Part shown: positions 52,281 to 64,000 of the stretch, in pieces
Layout of the letters: every line of letters starts with the position of its first letter
Numbering within the stretch: position 1 is the first letter of the stretch
Assembly (NCBI RefSeq): GCF_964204645.1
Contig: NC_134032.1
Location: 1,178,001 to 1,242,000, forward strand
Source of the DNA: Tubulanus polymorphus
Lineage: Eukaryota > Animalia > Nemertea
DNA: 64,000 nt
Direction: 5' to 3'
The notes under the pieces: generated by a model
What the model was told of the DNA's origin: nothing
Database searches by the model: none
What the model saw: the letters and a program-made list of their open reading frames with translations, nothing else
Translations under genes and position numbers: made by a program

Positions 52281-55200
52281 TCACGAATCTTCCTTCTGAA
52301 AAATTTAGACCATTTTAGTCACAGATTGATCCAAGCAGTTTATAATTGGTTTCTACTGATTCTTCAGGGTCCGATCTAAGGAACGAAAGCCAAATGCCCG
52401 GGGTTGAAGCATATCTGAAACTTCGCTTGCCCCCTCCAAAATCTACCTGCCCTACACAGGCAGTCCGATTGGTGGCGCTATCATCCGTTGTATCGAGCGG
52501 GAAAAAAAGCTTTGTGACATAAAATTGCACTAGCCCGGCGGACAACTGATAAATGATAACCTACTCGCCCTGATGAGAATATACTTGTCCCGGGCATTTG
52601 GACGAGTGCTTAGATCGGACCCCGATTCTTGAATTCTCTTCAGATGCATTCGTTTTGATCGGAATACACTCTACCTATTACTGAGAGCACCCGATATAAA
52701 CGGCCGGTTGAGAGTTCGTAATCTGTAAATTGCTATTACTAAACCAGAATACATAACCAGACACTGAACGCCCTCGTGAAGTCTGCTCAGGAACTGGTCG
52801 GTCTGGTATCACAGCCCCCACATAATGTATAAGGGATTATTCATTTATTACGTACGCATAAAATTTGAAATTTTCCAACCCCCCCTCCCCTTCTGCACGC
52901 AAAATCAGCCCCCCTCCCCTAATGCGTACGTAATAAATGAATGACCCCTAAGGGATCTCTGCCAGAAAATATTTTGAAATCTTATAGACTCCAGATGCAT
53001 TTTGTGGCACAAAAATTTTAATTTTCCACACACCAAAGAATCAGGGGATCTCGCAATCCAGATCATCTGTAGGCCTACCTGTTTAATATCCTTGCTGCTA
53101 GGCGGCGCTGCTGGTTTTAAACTGGTATCTACGCCAGCGATTTGTTGTCGTTTTTGCAGTAAACGCAGAACCGGTATTTTATTCAGTTTCTCGAGCGTCA
53201 GTTCGTTCCAATAAATACCGCTAGGTTTCGCAAACGTCCTGAATTTACAGCATTTACAACAGTCAAATTCATCTCAGGTACTTCTAGGAAACGGATAACT
53301 TCTAGGAAATGGATATTTTGCCAAAACAACATTTTTCTAGTACTGGTACAGCAGACTCCACCCTTTTCAGTACCGGTTGACTCAGTAAACCGTCGGCATT
53401 AACATTTACCGATCTTTATGCATGACTATACTAATGTCTATTTATTAATGGATGAGACCTGTTTTTCTTGGATATTTTGCTTACTTTTTGGGGTACATAC
53501 CTCATTTATGTCTTAACAGAATGCCAAAAATCGCGGACAACAACTGAATATCCGATATATTTCCAGTTCTGTACCAATTAGATGGATTGGCAAAAAGACT
53601 CCTTAAGTCCAGTTGAATGAGAGAGAAAATCCACCATTTTGTGAAATTTCTTGAATTTTTACATTGTCACCATGCCTACGAAATGAAGTTATTTTTCTTG
53701 TGGGGTCTCAACAACTAAATCAGGGTGGCGTAGGCATGGTAACAATGTTCAAATCCAAGAAATTTCACAAAATGAAGGATTTTAACAAATAACATTAATA
53801 AATAGACATTAGATTTTCTCATACGCAGAAGAGCATATAAACCCGATAGAAGTAGCCGGTTGAGTTTATAACCTGGAATAGCTTTTATCTTAACTGGAAT
53901 CCGTTTAGTCGAAACCGGGCTTATATTTACAACAGTCAAATTCATCTCACGTACTAATAAACTTCTAGTAAAAATGGATATTTTGCCAGTACGACATTTT
54001 TCTTGTACAGCAGACTCCACCCTACTCGGTACCGGTCGACTCGGTGAACCGTCTGCATATAGACATTTTCTGATCTTTATTCATGCCTTATTAGATTCAT
54101 CCCATACTCAGGGAAGCGTAATCTGGTTGAGTTCGTAACCGGCTTTACTCTAACCGGAATACACTTAGTCGAAACCCGGCTTAGGCTAAAAAGAAAATTG
54201 ATACCTTGTTTCTCCGCTCTGTCGAGCTGATAAGTTGACCCGGCCGGGCGCCTATCTACCCCGCTATAGAAACGAACTGTTTACAAATTTTATCATATTT
54301 TACAAAAATGACCCGACCGCTGTGGAGAAACAAGGTATCATTTTTGTTTAGCCTAAACTTCCTTGAATACCGATTCAGGACAAACACCATCAGCCTGAAT
54401 CCAGTCGATTCAACCTTTTAATATTATCAGCTTCAATTAGTTCATTTTGAAAAAGAGCCTAGAATGGAATTCTCAGCGCAAAAACTATCGAATTGTCGTT
54501 GTTACAATTATTTTCATTTCTTTCAGATTTTTACTGCATTTCTATCAATATTTGTATTTGGAAACACATTTCCAGCAACCGGAATTTTCAAGCTATCATT
54601 ATTGTTGACCCTTTCAGTGCGTCTACACCGCAGTGCGGTGTACGAATCAGTGATGGATTTTGCTAGTACACTGCACTGCGGTGTATTGATTTAATTAGTA
54701 ATAACTAATTATCTCTCTTGAAAGATGGCAGCACCTGTCAAACATAGTGAAATACTAGTAACTAACGATACACCGCACCGCGGTGTAGATGCACTATAGT
54801 TGTATTCCCGTTATTCAACACACTAGGGTGGAATTTTTCACAATTTTCAAATTATCTTCAGCACTATAGGGTATTGATTAGTCATCACTGAAAGGGTCAA
54901 GCCTTATATTAACAGGTTCTAACAATCTATACCTCGGGCATGAGATGATTTGAGTCGGAGTCACTATATAATCGACCGGAACGTCGTGCTGTTCGAATAA
55001 CTTGTCGGGTAGATCGACGATCTGACAGTCGTGTATACAGGTGATCACCGGCGTCTCGTCGCTAACGGCGTTCATACAACGCATCATAGCGTACTCCAGG
55101 TCCGCGTAACCTTCACCTTTACCCAGACGTAATCCTGCGTGAGAAAAATATCTACGTATAATAATCATACGAGGAATAGTCTTTATCCATGGTTCCTACA

Positions 55201-57604
55201 GCCCCTCAAATCCTTCAAAAACTCCTCAAATTCCAAAATGTATTTTTGAGGGTACAAAATCCCTCAAATTCTGAGTTTTAGCCCTTGGCTCCTCAAAAAC
55301 CCCTCAAATTCCAAAATCCATTTTTGAGGGTACATAATCCCTCAAATTCTGAGTTTTAGCCCTTGGCTCGTCAAAATCTCAAATTCTGACAATTGTATCT
55401 CTCTGCATTAGAAAAATATCTACGTAAAATCATACGAGGGATAGTCTGGTTTAAACGCTATCGGGGTGACCACTATTCCATCCACTTCCGAATTCCCCGT
55501 ATTTTCCCGGTAAAAACAGAACTTTCCCCATGTTCTGATGAACGACAGTTCGAAAGATCATAGTCAGTAACCTGTCTGTGGTTTAGTTTCACGATCTGAT
55601 ATTTTCACAAATCACGTATTGGTTGGTATAAGCCCATCCGATTATAAAAAGCTTACCACCAAAGATTAGGTAACTAACTAGAAAGATCAGAGATTTGATA
55701 CTTTGACGAACCAGGACCCAGTACCACAGTTGTGAGTTAGAGTTAACTCTGAGTTAAAGTTAGTTCATTTTCAATGTTTTAACCCAGGGTCAAATCTTAA
55801 CTCAGAACTGTGGAACTGGACCCAGAGTTGTAAGCTAGCGCAATAGACCTTAATATTCTGACTTTCAGCTGATATATCTTCATAGGGATTTCGAAATTAA
55901 CCGTATTAAATGTTTTTAAGTTCATATGAAAGTGCTGATCGGCCATCTTGATTATAACGAGACAGGCGATCGAGTAGCTCTTACCGTTCCTGGAAACAGC
56001 CACCGAACCGATGACTATGACGTCTATACGAACGGCAGCGTCTAGTCCGACCGGTGAACTGAACTGTTGAACGCCGCGACTAGTCGAACACACGTTCAAT
56101 ACGCGATGGTTACAGCCTAGCGGCGGATTTATACGATTGAATAATCCACTCGACAATCTCGGCGTCGGCACCAGCAGAGTTTTATTAGCCTGCAAAAAAG
56201 GATCATAGAATTTATGGCTAAGTTAAAAACGATAACTCATATCTCCTAATCGGACTGGTCATTTTGTAAACGGCAATAACATTTGTAAGGGGGTCATTCA
56301 TTTATTACGTACGCATAAAATTAGAATTTTTCAACCCCCCTCCCCCTCTGTACGCAAAATCGGCCATTTTTTCATATACATTAAGCATTACAGTACGCAA
56401 TTGCACTGACCCCCCTCCCCCCTCCCCTAATGTGTACGTAATAAATGAATGACCCCCTAATGAGTAAATTTCTATAACTGCCAGGTCGGTTATTGTTAGT
56501 TTGATAATAGCTTTTTAAAAAGCTAGACAGGTGGCCAGTCAAGCCGAAATGAGAACCAGGGTATCAGTTTTTACTAGAAATAATAGGGGCAGGTGCCACG
56601 TCAGCTACGGTATCTGTCTGGATGTAGTGTGTTGTATCAATTGAATTTTTCAATCGAAATTGAGTTCATTTTCAATGAACTTTTGTCTAGATTTTTAGCC
56701 TCCCTCTGATCAGAAATTAAGGCAAATCACTCTTCCTGACTTTTGAAAAACTTTTGATGATAAACTTACGACGAGAGTGAGGAATCTCGCTTGTTGTTGA
56801 GCTTTATCCGGGTTGATTTTAACGGTTTTCGCCGTTTTGAAAAAGTCGAGCGTCGCCAGGCGATTACACGCTACGTCCGCTCCTTTATAGTTCGGTATCC
56901 GACGGTGACAAGGTCGCGGGAACGCGGCGATGTCGTAACGCTCTAAATAATCCCACACGCAGTTCCGAATACTGTCTTTAGTCAAATCTAGCGCAAAATG
57001 AGAAAGAAAACATGTTCTATATTTGGACATTAGCCTAGTATGTCTATTTGTAATACCCTCAATCCACTGGGCGCCACACAGAGCTACCTCAATCCACTGG
57101 GCGCCATGAGCTAAAAATCTTGTCGATCACAGCGACACAGCGATTTGAACGCAGCATCTTTCACTTGCCAAATGTACATGCTCCAACCAATTGAGGTTTT
57201 GGGCGAATTACAAATGTTAACCACGGGTGGATTGAAGGGGAGGGTCTACTATCCAGATTAACCATCTGGGTCCAGTTCCACAGTTGTGAATTAAGAGTTC
57301 ACTCCTAGTTAGGCTCAGTTCATTTTCCATGAGTCTAACTCTGAGTCAAATTTAACTCAGAATTGTGGAACTGGGTCTTGAGAATAGCAACAATGATTTA
57401 TATTCATTGTTTTGTGATACTTACTGGTTGGTAATTCAAGATTCGGTAATTCTTTCGGTACAGCAGTCTTATTCTTGTTAGACCCTGTGGAACTTCCTTG
57501 ATATTGAACTGCAGCTGCTGCTGCTGGGTGATGCGGCATCTGACGGTCTGATCTACCGCCTCCTCTACCACCGCCACACCCTCTATTGGTACCTCGAACA
57601 GACA
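52281..57604 (-). CDS. MTHFSD: Methenyltetrahydrofolate synthetase domain-containing protein (5-formyl-THF cyclo-ligase-like)
   Basis: Exons 57604-57425, 56987-56770, 56189-55985, 55134-54933, 53238-53079 and probable last exon 52295-52281 (strong TTTTTCAG acceptor, KEDS*, minus-strand AATAAA near 52150). Motifs: [101 protein letters not shown]. The terminal exons are less certain than the core. Confidence 0.9.
52365..52624. mobile_element. hAT/P-like MITE (CAGGGTCCGATCTAAG TIR)
   Basis: Right end CTTAGATCGGACCCCG; flanking (G)ATTCTT direct repeat of 6-7 bp. Confidence 0.68.
52830..52950. mobile_element. PIF/Harbinger-like MITE family E (GGGGTCATTCATTTATTACGTACGCA TIRs)
   Basis: A longer copy lies at 56287-56459; TAA flanks. 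Confidence 0.75.
54181..54589 (+). pseudogene. Duplicated TMEM241 segment (MITE D + intron + exon 11) inside an MTHFSD intron
   Basis: Near-identical to 49130-49589, including tttcag|ATTTTTAC(T/C)GCATTTCTATC...GGAATTTTC; the donor GTGAGT is missing. Confidence 0.88.
54609..54896. mobile_element. piggyBac-like MITE family C, copy 3
   Basis: Same TIRs; flanks TTGA / TCAA. Confidence 0.8.
55715..55822. mobile_element. MITE family A
   Basis: CAG TSD on both sides. Confidence 0.85.
57269..57377. mobile_element. MITE family A
   Basis: ctg|GGTCCAGTTCC...GGAACTGGGTC|ttg. Confidence 0.8.
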
Positions 57605-57959
57605 CTGAAAATGGACAAAATTCCGGCATGGAAACAGAGGTTACCGGTAACAGTCCGACACGTCGGACCAATATTTCAGATATCTCGGTGGGGAAATGGA
57701 CTGTAACAACGACCGGTATTTAGACACTATTCTGCGGGGTAAAACTCTAGTTCTTCAAGAAGGGTTTAATTCTAAGACGCAGGTTTTGTCTGGTATTCTG
57801 ATTTATTGGCTGATTGATACGAATTGAAATTGAAAGTTCACAGAATGGATGGATCGTCGATGCCAAGAGGCAAGACGAGAACTGAAACCAGTCAATGATC
57901 AAATAAATGTCAACCTCAAATTCGCCGACGAGTTAAAAGTTCCAGACTTGAACTTACTT

Positions 57960-59250
57960 CCCGATGACTGTATCTCGCTATAGGCCGCTCCGGTAGGTCA
58001 ACATTCGGATTCGAACCTGAACTGCGGTGATCAATCCAGAGTAGTACGAGATAAACAATCCATACCGTCCCGTGCTGCCACCTCGTGTTATTTATGTTAA
58101 CTAGTTTATATAACCTCCCATCGTCTTGGTTCGAGTACGATTTTGGGACATGATTTTTGAAGAATCTCTAGTTAATTTAGTTCTCTTCTAAAGCCCGATT
58201 GTGGTCGAAAACTCGTGAAAGATAAATCATCTTGAAACAAATTAACAATCTCTCGTTAATTTAGTTCTCCTTGCTCGCTTTTCTTCGAAAAACTCGTGAA
58301 AGATAAATCATCTTAAACCTGAGTAGAAATTAACAATCTCTCAAAAAGTAGAATGTGATATTTATGTTTTTTGTCTGGTCACTAAACAAAATTCGACGAA
58401 AAAACAACGATTCAAGATGAAAGAAATTAGATTGTTGAAAAGTTACAATTTATTTCTCAATGAAGTCCCCAATAGATGTAAATAACAACAATAAAATTCA
58501 TATAAAATCGGAATGCTTTTACACGAATTGAGGGGTGCTGGGCGGGGTTCTATCGAATATCGAATAACTCGTAGGCTTATCAAATAGATCTGATACGTAA
58601 TTAACAAAAACTAATCAGTCGATTAGAAATAATTGAATTGTTCCAATATCAATAATGGTAATGATCGCGATTTCACCCGCTTTACAATAGTTATAGAACC
58701 ATGAAATCAATACAAGAAATAAAAACAGCTTGAGCCGAGTTTTCTTCGAATAAATAGACTTTTATCACACTTAGTGTCGGAGGCGAATTGAAATGCTCAA
58801 ATTTTTCTTTATTTCTATATGGAATGATAATGTTTTTCAAAATAAAAGTAAATTTCTCGCTGCCTCGTTCGTTTATTTGTTTATTTATTACGTTTATTTC
58901 CGACCTAACTCGTTCAGAACTGTTGATTTAGGGCAAAATAACAATTTAAGTTTTAGACCGGTCGCCTGTCCTACTGAGACCGGTAACCAGTCTATCAATC
59001 GATCTATCCAGCGTTTCACGAATTTCCCACACTTGCCCGAGGTCAGTGTTTAGATGATTTCGTTTCTCGCGTCAGACCTGGAGCCGTGTAATTTACTTCC
59101 TGGTTGTCTATAGCGCTAAGCCCGAGTTCTGAACGTCTCTCGGTGGCGCTTCTCTTTCACTTTTTGAACCTGTGTAAGAAAACAAATCAGAATCGCTTGG
59201 ATTATCTGTGGTGATTCGTGTGGAATATAAGATAGTTACACAACAGACAG
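57960..59250. promoter_or_regulatory. Candidate shared (divergent) promoter region between MTHFSD (-) and the ASAP-like gene (+)
   Basis: The two 5' ends lie head-to-head about 1.3-1.6 kb apart, with an ETS-like ACTTCCTGG at ~59095. Transcription starts are inferred, not seen. Confidence 0.4.
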
Positions 59251-59251
59251 T

Positions 59252-59395
59252 ATGGGACCGCCACCACCATCGCCTGACAGTTTGACAGTCAGTGAATTCC
59301 TCACTCAAACCTGGGACGATCTCAGTTCACCGACCACTTCTAGTTTCGTTGATTTGATGCCGCAATGTCGCAGTACAGTTTCCAGTCTAGAAGAG
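59252..59395 (+). CDS. ASAP-family ArfGAP (ASAP1/ASAP2-like), first coding exon; no further exon recognised in the window
   Basis: MGPPPPSPDSLTVSEFLTQTWDDLSSPTTSSFVDLMPQCRSTVSSLEE followed by donor GTGAGT. It matches the ASAP N-terminus (PDQISVSEF..ET.EDY.SPT.SSF....CRNTV..LEE), with the intron after LEE. Confidence 0.82.
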
Positions 59396-60095
59396 GTGAG
59401 TGAGAGTTTGAGAGGCGGAAGGGAGTCGGGTGGGAGGCAGGGCTGGAAGGGATCAAGAAACTGACCGACTCGGTCCGGAGACCAAGGACAAGGAGGTAAA
59501 ATGGTTAGTCTGAAAAGTGAACTGGGATTGTCAGTGGGTCTGATTAGGACAGTCCACAGGGACTTGTCGCAATAGATAGTGAAAATGTCAAAACCAGTAT
59601 CAATGACAAACCCTAGTAGGCCTACTGTAACCCGGTTTTTTACTAATACTATACCGGGATTGCAGGCACGGATCCGGACAGGAGGGGGGTTTCAGGGGTC
59701 ATGAACCCCCCTCCCTAAAAATTTTTAAAATCATTTCCTTGAAGGAATGTACTCAAGACAAAGTGGGCGAACGGTACTATATAATCGGTACCATATTATC
59801 TTATAACAATATGCCGTATAGGACTCGGCTATTATTAGAGATTTTGGTCGGCTGTTTAGAACATTTTTATGAACCCTCCTGGAAAAAGTATAGGCCTATA
59901 TATTGATAGGCCTACTAGTTTTCATTCACTATCAATTATGATAAGTCCCTGTGGTAGAGTGATCATTAATGTTGGGCGAATAGGAAAGTATTCTAGAGGC
60001 TAGTAACTCAATTGGATCAGATAAGGAATTTATTCTAGAGGCATAATGTAAGCCAAACTAGGCTGAAAGAAATACAAACTTCAAGTAATTTGACA

Positions 60096-60604
60096 ACTAC
60101 TGTCTGTCACACCTACTCTCCGTGCGACGTTTTGGTCCGTAATTTCGTTAATAATCGGTTTATCTACCTTTATTATGCATCAATTTGTTCAGTGAGGAAT
60201 TTGCATTCAGAAATAAACAACAATTTTCACTTAAGTTGTTTTTGTTTTCATTTATGAGCGATAGTTTACTAAGCATACGCTCGCGTAATGCTGAAAAATC
60301 CGCTCCGCGGACGCTCGGAAACGTTACAGTGACGTCATCACCTGCTCATTAGCATATCAAAATACAGTAGGTGGCGCCACGTGACGGGCCATAAAAGCCG
60401 TTTTTCAGCATTACGCGAGCGTATGCTAGGTAAACTATCGCTGATAGAAGAAAACACTAACAAATTTCTGCCAGTTCATGGTTTATTTCTGAATGCAAAT
60501 TCCTTACTGAACAAATTGATGCATAATATTTACAGATCAACCGATTATTAACGGAATTACGGACAAAAACGTCGCACGAAGAGCATGTGTGACAGACAGT
60601 AGTG
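60096..60604. mobile_element. ~510-bp foldback element with ~200-bp arms and a CACTA-like terminus
   Basis: ACTACTGTCTGTCACA...TGTGACAGACAGTAGTG; the arms pair through GCATACGCTCGCGTAATGCTGAAAAA / TTTTTCAGCATTACGCGAGCGTATGC. Confidence 0.82.
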
Positions 60605-61634
60605 AAGAATTCATCCATCTTTTAGGCTAATTTTAATTACTGAATAACACTTATTCCAGTTAGGTCGTAAAATTTATCATTCCTTTTCGCAAAAATATTG
60701 AGTTCTCGGTTAAAGTGCTCAATTAAAAGCCCTTAGTTTATTTAAATCGTTTTATGTATGCCTATATATAATCAGTTAAATCAACCGACGGTAATAGCCA
60801 GTAACTTTGGAACCTTGCCACGAAGTCCCTTGGGAGAAATGAAAGAGTGTTTGAGTTTAATTAAAGAAGTTAGGCCTAGTTATTTATAATCGAAAACCCA
60901 AATTAAGATTTGATACAAGAGTTTAACTAAATTGAAAATGAACTAGGATTATTGGGGTCGGACCTGGTACTAAGTTGAACCGTGTCACAGGTTCTATAAA
61001 GTTAACCAAAACAGTAAACGCGGCCGATACTGGTCACTTTGCAGCTGCTGGAAGCATTTCTCGCGTTTTATTATTCGCTGCGGCCAGGATATTTTCGGCA
61101 CAAACCAGGACTATGGCAACATGTCGCCTCCCTGTGATGAAGCTCTGTAGATGTGATTACCCATGGTTTCGGAGGCATTTTTTAGCATGAATGTCGTGGG
61201 ATTTAAGCCTGTTTGTAAATGGAGATATGTTTTTATGACCTCGCGTAAACTTTATGGAAATTAATGGATTAGACACAGCTAAATGAAGACGAATTGAATT
61301 TGCTGCCACTGACACTGGCTCCTCGGGGGAGGGGACAGAGAGAGGGGTGTTTGCGTTAGGTCTCTAGACGGGACATTGACACAGTAAATACATGAATGGC
61401 CACAAATTGATGATAATTCTGGCGTGGTAATTACTGACTATAAATATTACTGTCTAAAGTAATTAACCTCATGAAATATGATGGTAGGTCTAATTGAGGT
61501 CAATGCGTTGTAATACACCCATACACAGACATACCTCATACAAACACCCTCACTGTCCATTATCCTACTCTAATATAACAATTGGTTGCCTTTTTTAGAT
61601 TTTCATACATAGACTATGATTTGATGTTATAGCC

Positions 61635-62985
61635 TAGGTTCCTGTGGTATAGAGTAATACCTGGGGTTGCTGTGGTACTGTAACAGTAATACCTAGATAG
61701 TTGCTGTGGTATCGGGTAATACCCAGAAAGTTGCTATGGTATTGGGTAATACCTAGATAGTTGCTGTGGTATCGGGTAATACCCAGGTGGTTGCTGTGGT
61801 ATTGGGTAATACCCAGGATCCAGTTCCACAGTTGTGAGTTAGAGTTAACTCTGAGTTAAAATCAGTTCATTTTCAATGAGTCTAACTCAGAGTTAAATCT
61901 TAACAGAGAACTGTGGAACTGGACCCAGGGTTGTAATGGTATACTGTAATACCCAGATAGTTTCTGTGGTATATACTGTAATACCCAGATAGTTGCTGTG
62001 GTATATACTGTAATACCCAGGGTTACTGTGGTATATACTGTAATACCCAGATAGTTGCTGTGGTATATACTGTAATACCCAGATAGTTGCTGTGGTATCG
62101 GGTAATACCCAGATAGTTGCTGTGGTGTACTGTAATACCTAGATAGTTGCTGTGGTAAACTGTAATACTCAGGGTTGCTGTGGTATATACTGTAATACCC
62201 AGATAGTTGCTGTGGTATTGGGTAATACCCAGATAGTTGCTGTGGTATATACTGTAATACCCAGGATTGCTGTGTTATAGGCCTACTGTAATACCCAGAT
62301 AGTTGCTGTGTTATACTGTAATACCCAGATAGTTGCTGTGTTATACTGTAATACCCAGTTATACTGTAATACCCAGATAGTTGCTGTGTTATACTGTAAT
62401 ACCCAGATAGTTGCTGTGGTATATACTGTAATACCCAGATAGTTGCTGTGGTATACTGTAATACCCTGATAGTTGCTGTGGTATACTGTAATACCCTGAT
62501 AGTTGCTGTGTTATACTGTAATACCCAGATAGTTGCTGTGGTATATACTGTAATACCCAGGGTTACTGTGGTATATACTGTAATACCCAGATAGTTGCTG
62601 TGGTATACTGTAATACCCTGATAGTTGCTGTGGTATATACTGAAATACCCAGATAGTTGCTTTGGTATACTGTAATACCCAGATAGTTGCTTTGGTATAC
62701 TGTAATACCCAGATAGTTGCTTTGGTATACTGTAATACCCAGATAGTTGCTGTGGTATACTGTAATACCCTGATAGTTGCTGTGGTATATACTGTAATAC
62801 CCAGATAGTCGCTGTGGTATATACTGTAATACCCAGGGTTACTGTGGTATATACTGTAATACCCAGGGTTACTGTGGTATATACTGTAATACCCAGGGTC
62901 GCTGTGGTATATACTGTAATACCCAGGGTTACTGTGGTATATACTGTAATACCCAGGGTCGCTGTGGTATATGCTGTAATACCTC
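61635..62985 (+). repeat. ~29-32-bp minisatellite GTTGCTGTGGTAT(AT)ACTGTAATACCCAG(ATA), interrupted by a family A MITE at 61817-61925
   Basis: Tandem units; the MITE has CAG TSDs. Confidence 0.93.
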
Positions 62986-63182
62986 CAGTTTACTCTCCTC
63001 TATGATGCTTACAGTTACAATGATTTAGTATCATTGATTTTATAATATATGTCAATATTTTAAGCTTCTCTCGTCGAACACTACATAAACACTGCCATAC
63101 ATCGACAGCGTCTCCTCTTACAGCTCACAATATCACTTTATGATACCATTGCGAGGATTGATGCGGTGGTGGCTGGTCCAGT

Positions 63183-64000
63183 TGATAGCCACAGCCTACT
63201 ACAACGCGGGGCTAGAATATGCTCCAGGCACAGATTCAAACCGTATCCACTCGATGTATTCCATAATGGGTTATAGCCACAGCCTACTACAACGTGGGGC
63301 TAGAATATGCTCCAGGCACAGATTCAAACCGTATCCACTCGATGTATTCCATAATGGGTTATAGCGACAGCCTACTACAACGTGGGGCTAGAATATGCTC
63401 CAGGCACAGATTAAAACTGTATCCACTCGATGTATTCCATAATGGGTTATAGCCACAGCCTACTACAACGTGGGGCTAGAATATGCTCCAGGCACAGATT
63501 AAAACTGTATCCACTCGATGTATTCCATAATGGGTTATAGCGACAGCCTACTACAACGTGGGGCTAGAATATGCTCCAGGCACAGATTAAAACCGTATCC
63601 ACTCGATGTATTCCATAATGGGTTATAGCGACAGCCTACTACAACGTGGGGCTAGAATATGCTCCAGGCACAGATTCAAACCGTATCCACTCGATGTATT
63701 CCATAATGGGTTATAGCCACAGCCTACTACAACGTGGGGCTAGAATATGCTCCAGGCACAGATTAAAACTGTATCCACTCGATGTATTCCATACTGGGTT
63801 ATAGCCACAGCCTACTACAACGTGGGGCTAGAATATGCTCCAGGCACAGATTAAAACTGTATCCACTCGATGTATTCCATAATGGGTTATAGCCACAGCC
63901 TACTACAACGTGGGGCTAGAATATGCTCCAGGCACAGATTAAAACTGTATCCACTCGATGTATTCCATAATGGGTTATAGCCACAGCCTACTACAACGTG
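63183..64000 (+). repeat. 88-bp tandem repeat running off the window end (ASAP-like intron 1)
   Basis: At least 9 near-identical units TTATAGC(C/G)ACAGCCTACTACAACGTGGGGCTAGAATATGCTCCAGGCACAG... Confidence 0.96.

Noticed and set aside
52678-52722. Exon [11 protein letters not shown] as a remnant RRM RNP2 motif of MTHFSD
   Set aside because: The sequence belongs to a local repeat present three times, and the 52295 acceptor with a downstream AATAAA is the stronger candidate.

Overview
Eukaryotic, intron-containing, repeat-rich animal DNA. The GRL101-type receptor and Nin-type SINE point to a marine invertebrate, probably a lophotrochozoan, but the species cannot be fixed from sequence alone. 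Five protein-coding loci can be read by hand: (1) the terminal exon of a TASK-type two-pore K+ channel (7809-8614, +); (2) a ~1935-aa GRL101-like GPCR with CUB, C-type lectin, LDLa, LRR and 7TM domains, encoded by three large exons split by two 92-93-bp introns (39723-33731, -); (3) a 12-exon TMEM241/SLC35D4 gene (44034-51368, +); (4) an MTHFSD gene (~57604-52281, -) that appears to lack its C-terminal RRM; and (5) coding exon 1 of an ASAP-family ArfGAP (59252-59395, +), head-to-head with MTHFSD. The rest is MITEs (Harbinger-, piggyBac-, Kolobok-, P- and CACTA-like termini), tRNA-derived SINE remnants, minisatellites and a ~15-kb nested inverted segmental duplication (13.3-28.9 kb). The most notable observations are: the near-intronless giant receptor bracketed by ~0.5-kb inverted repeats and next to a paralog fragment; a 653-bp insertion with an 8-bp TSD, subterminal hairpins and an empty site visible in its paralogs; a minisatellite seen both before and after expansion; and a TMEM241 exon copied with a MITE into an antisense intron of MTHFSD. 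All coordinates were read by eye; no database search was run.
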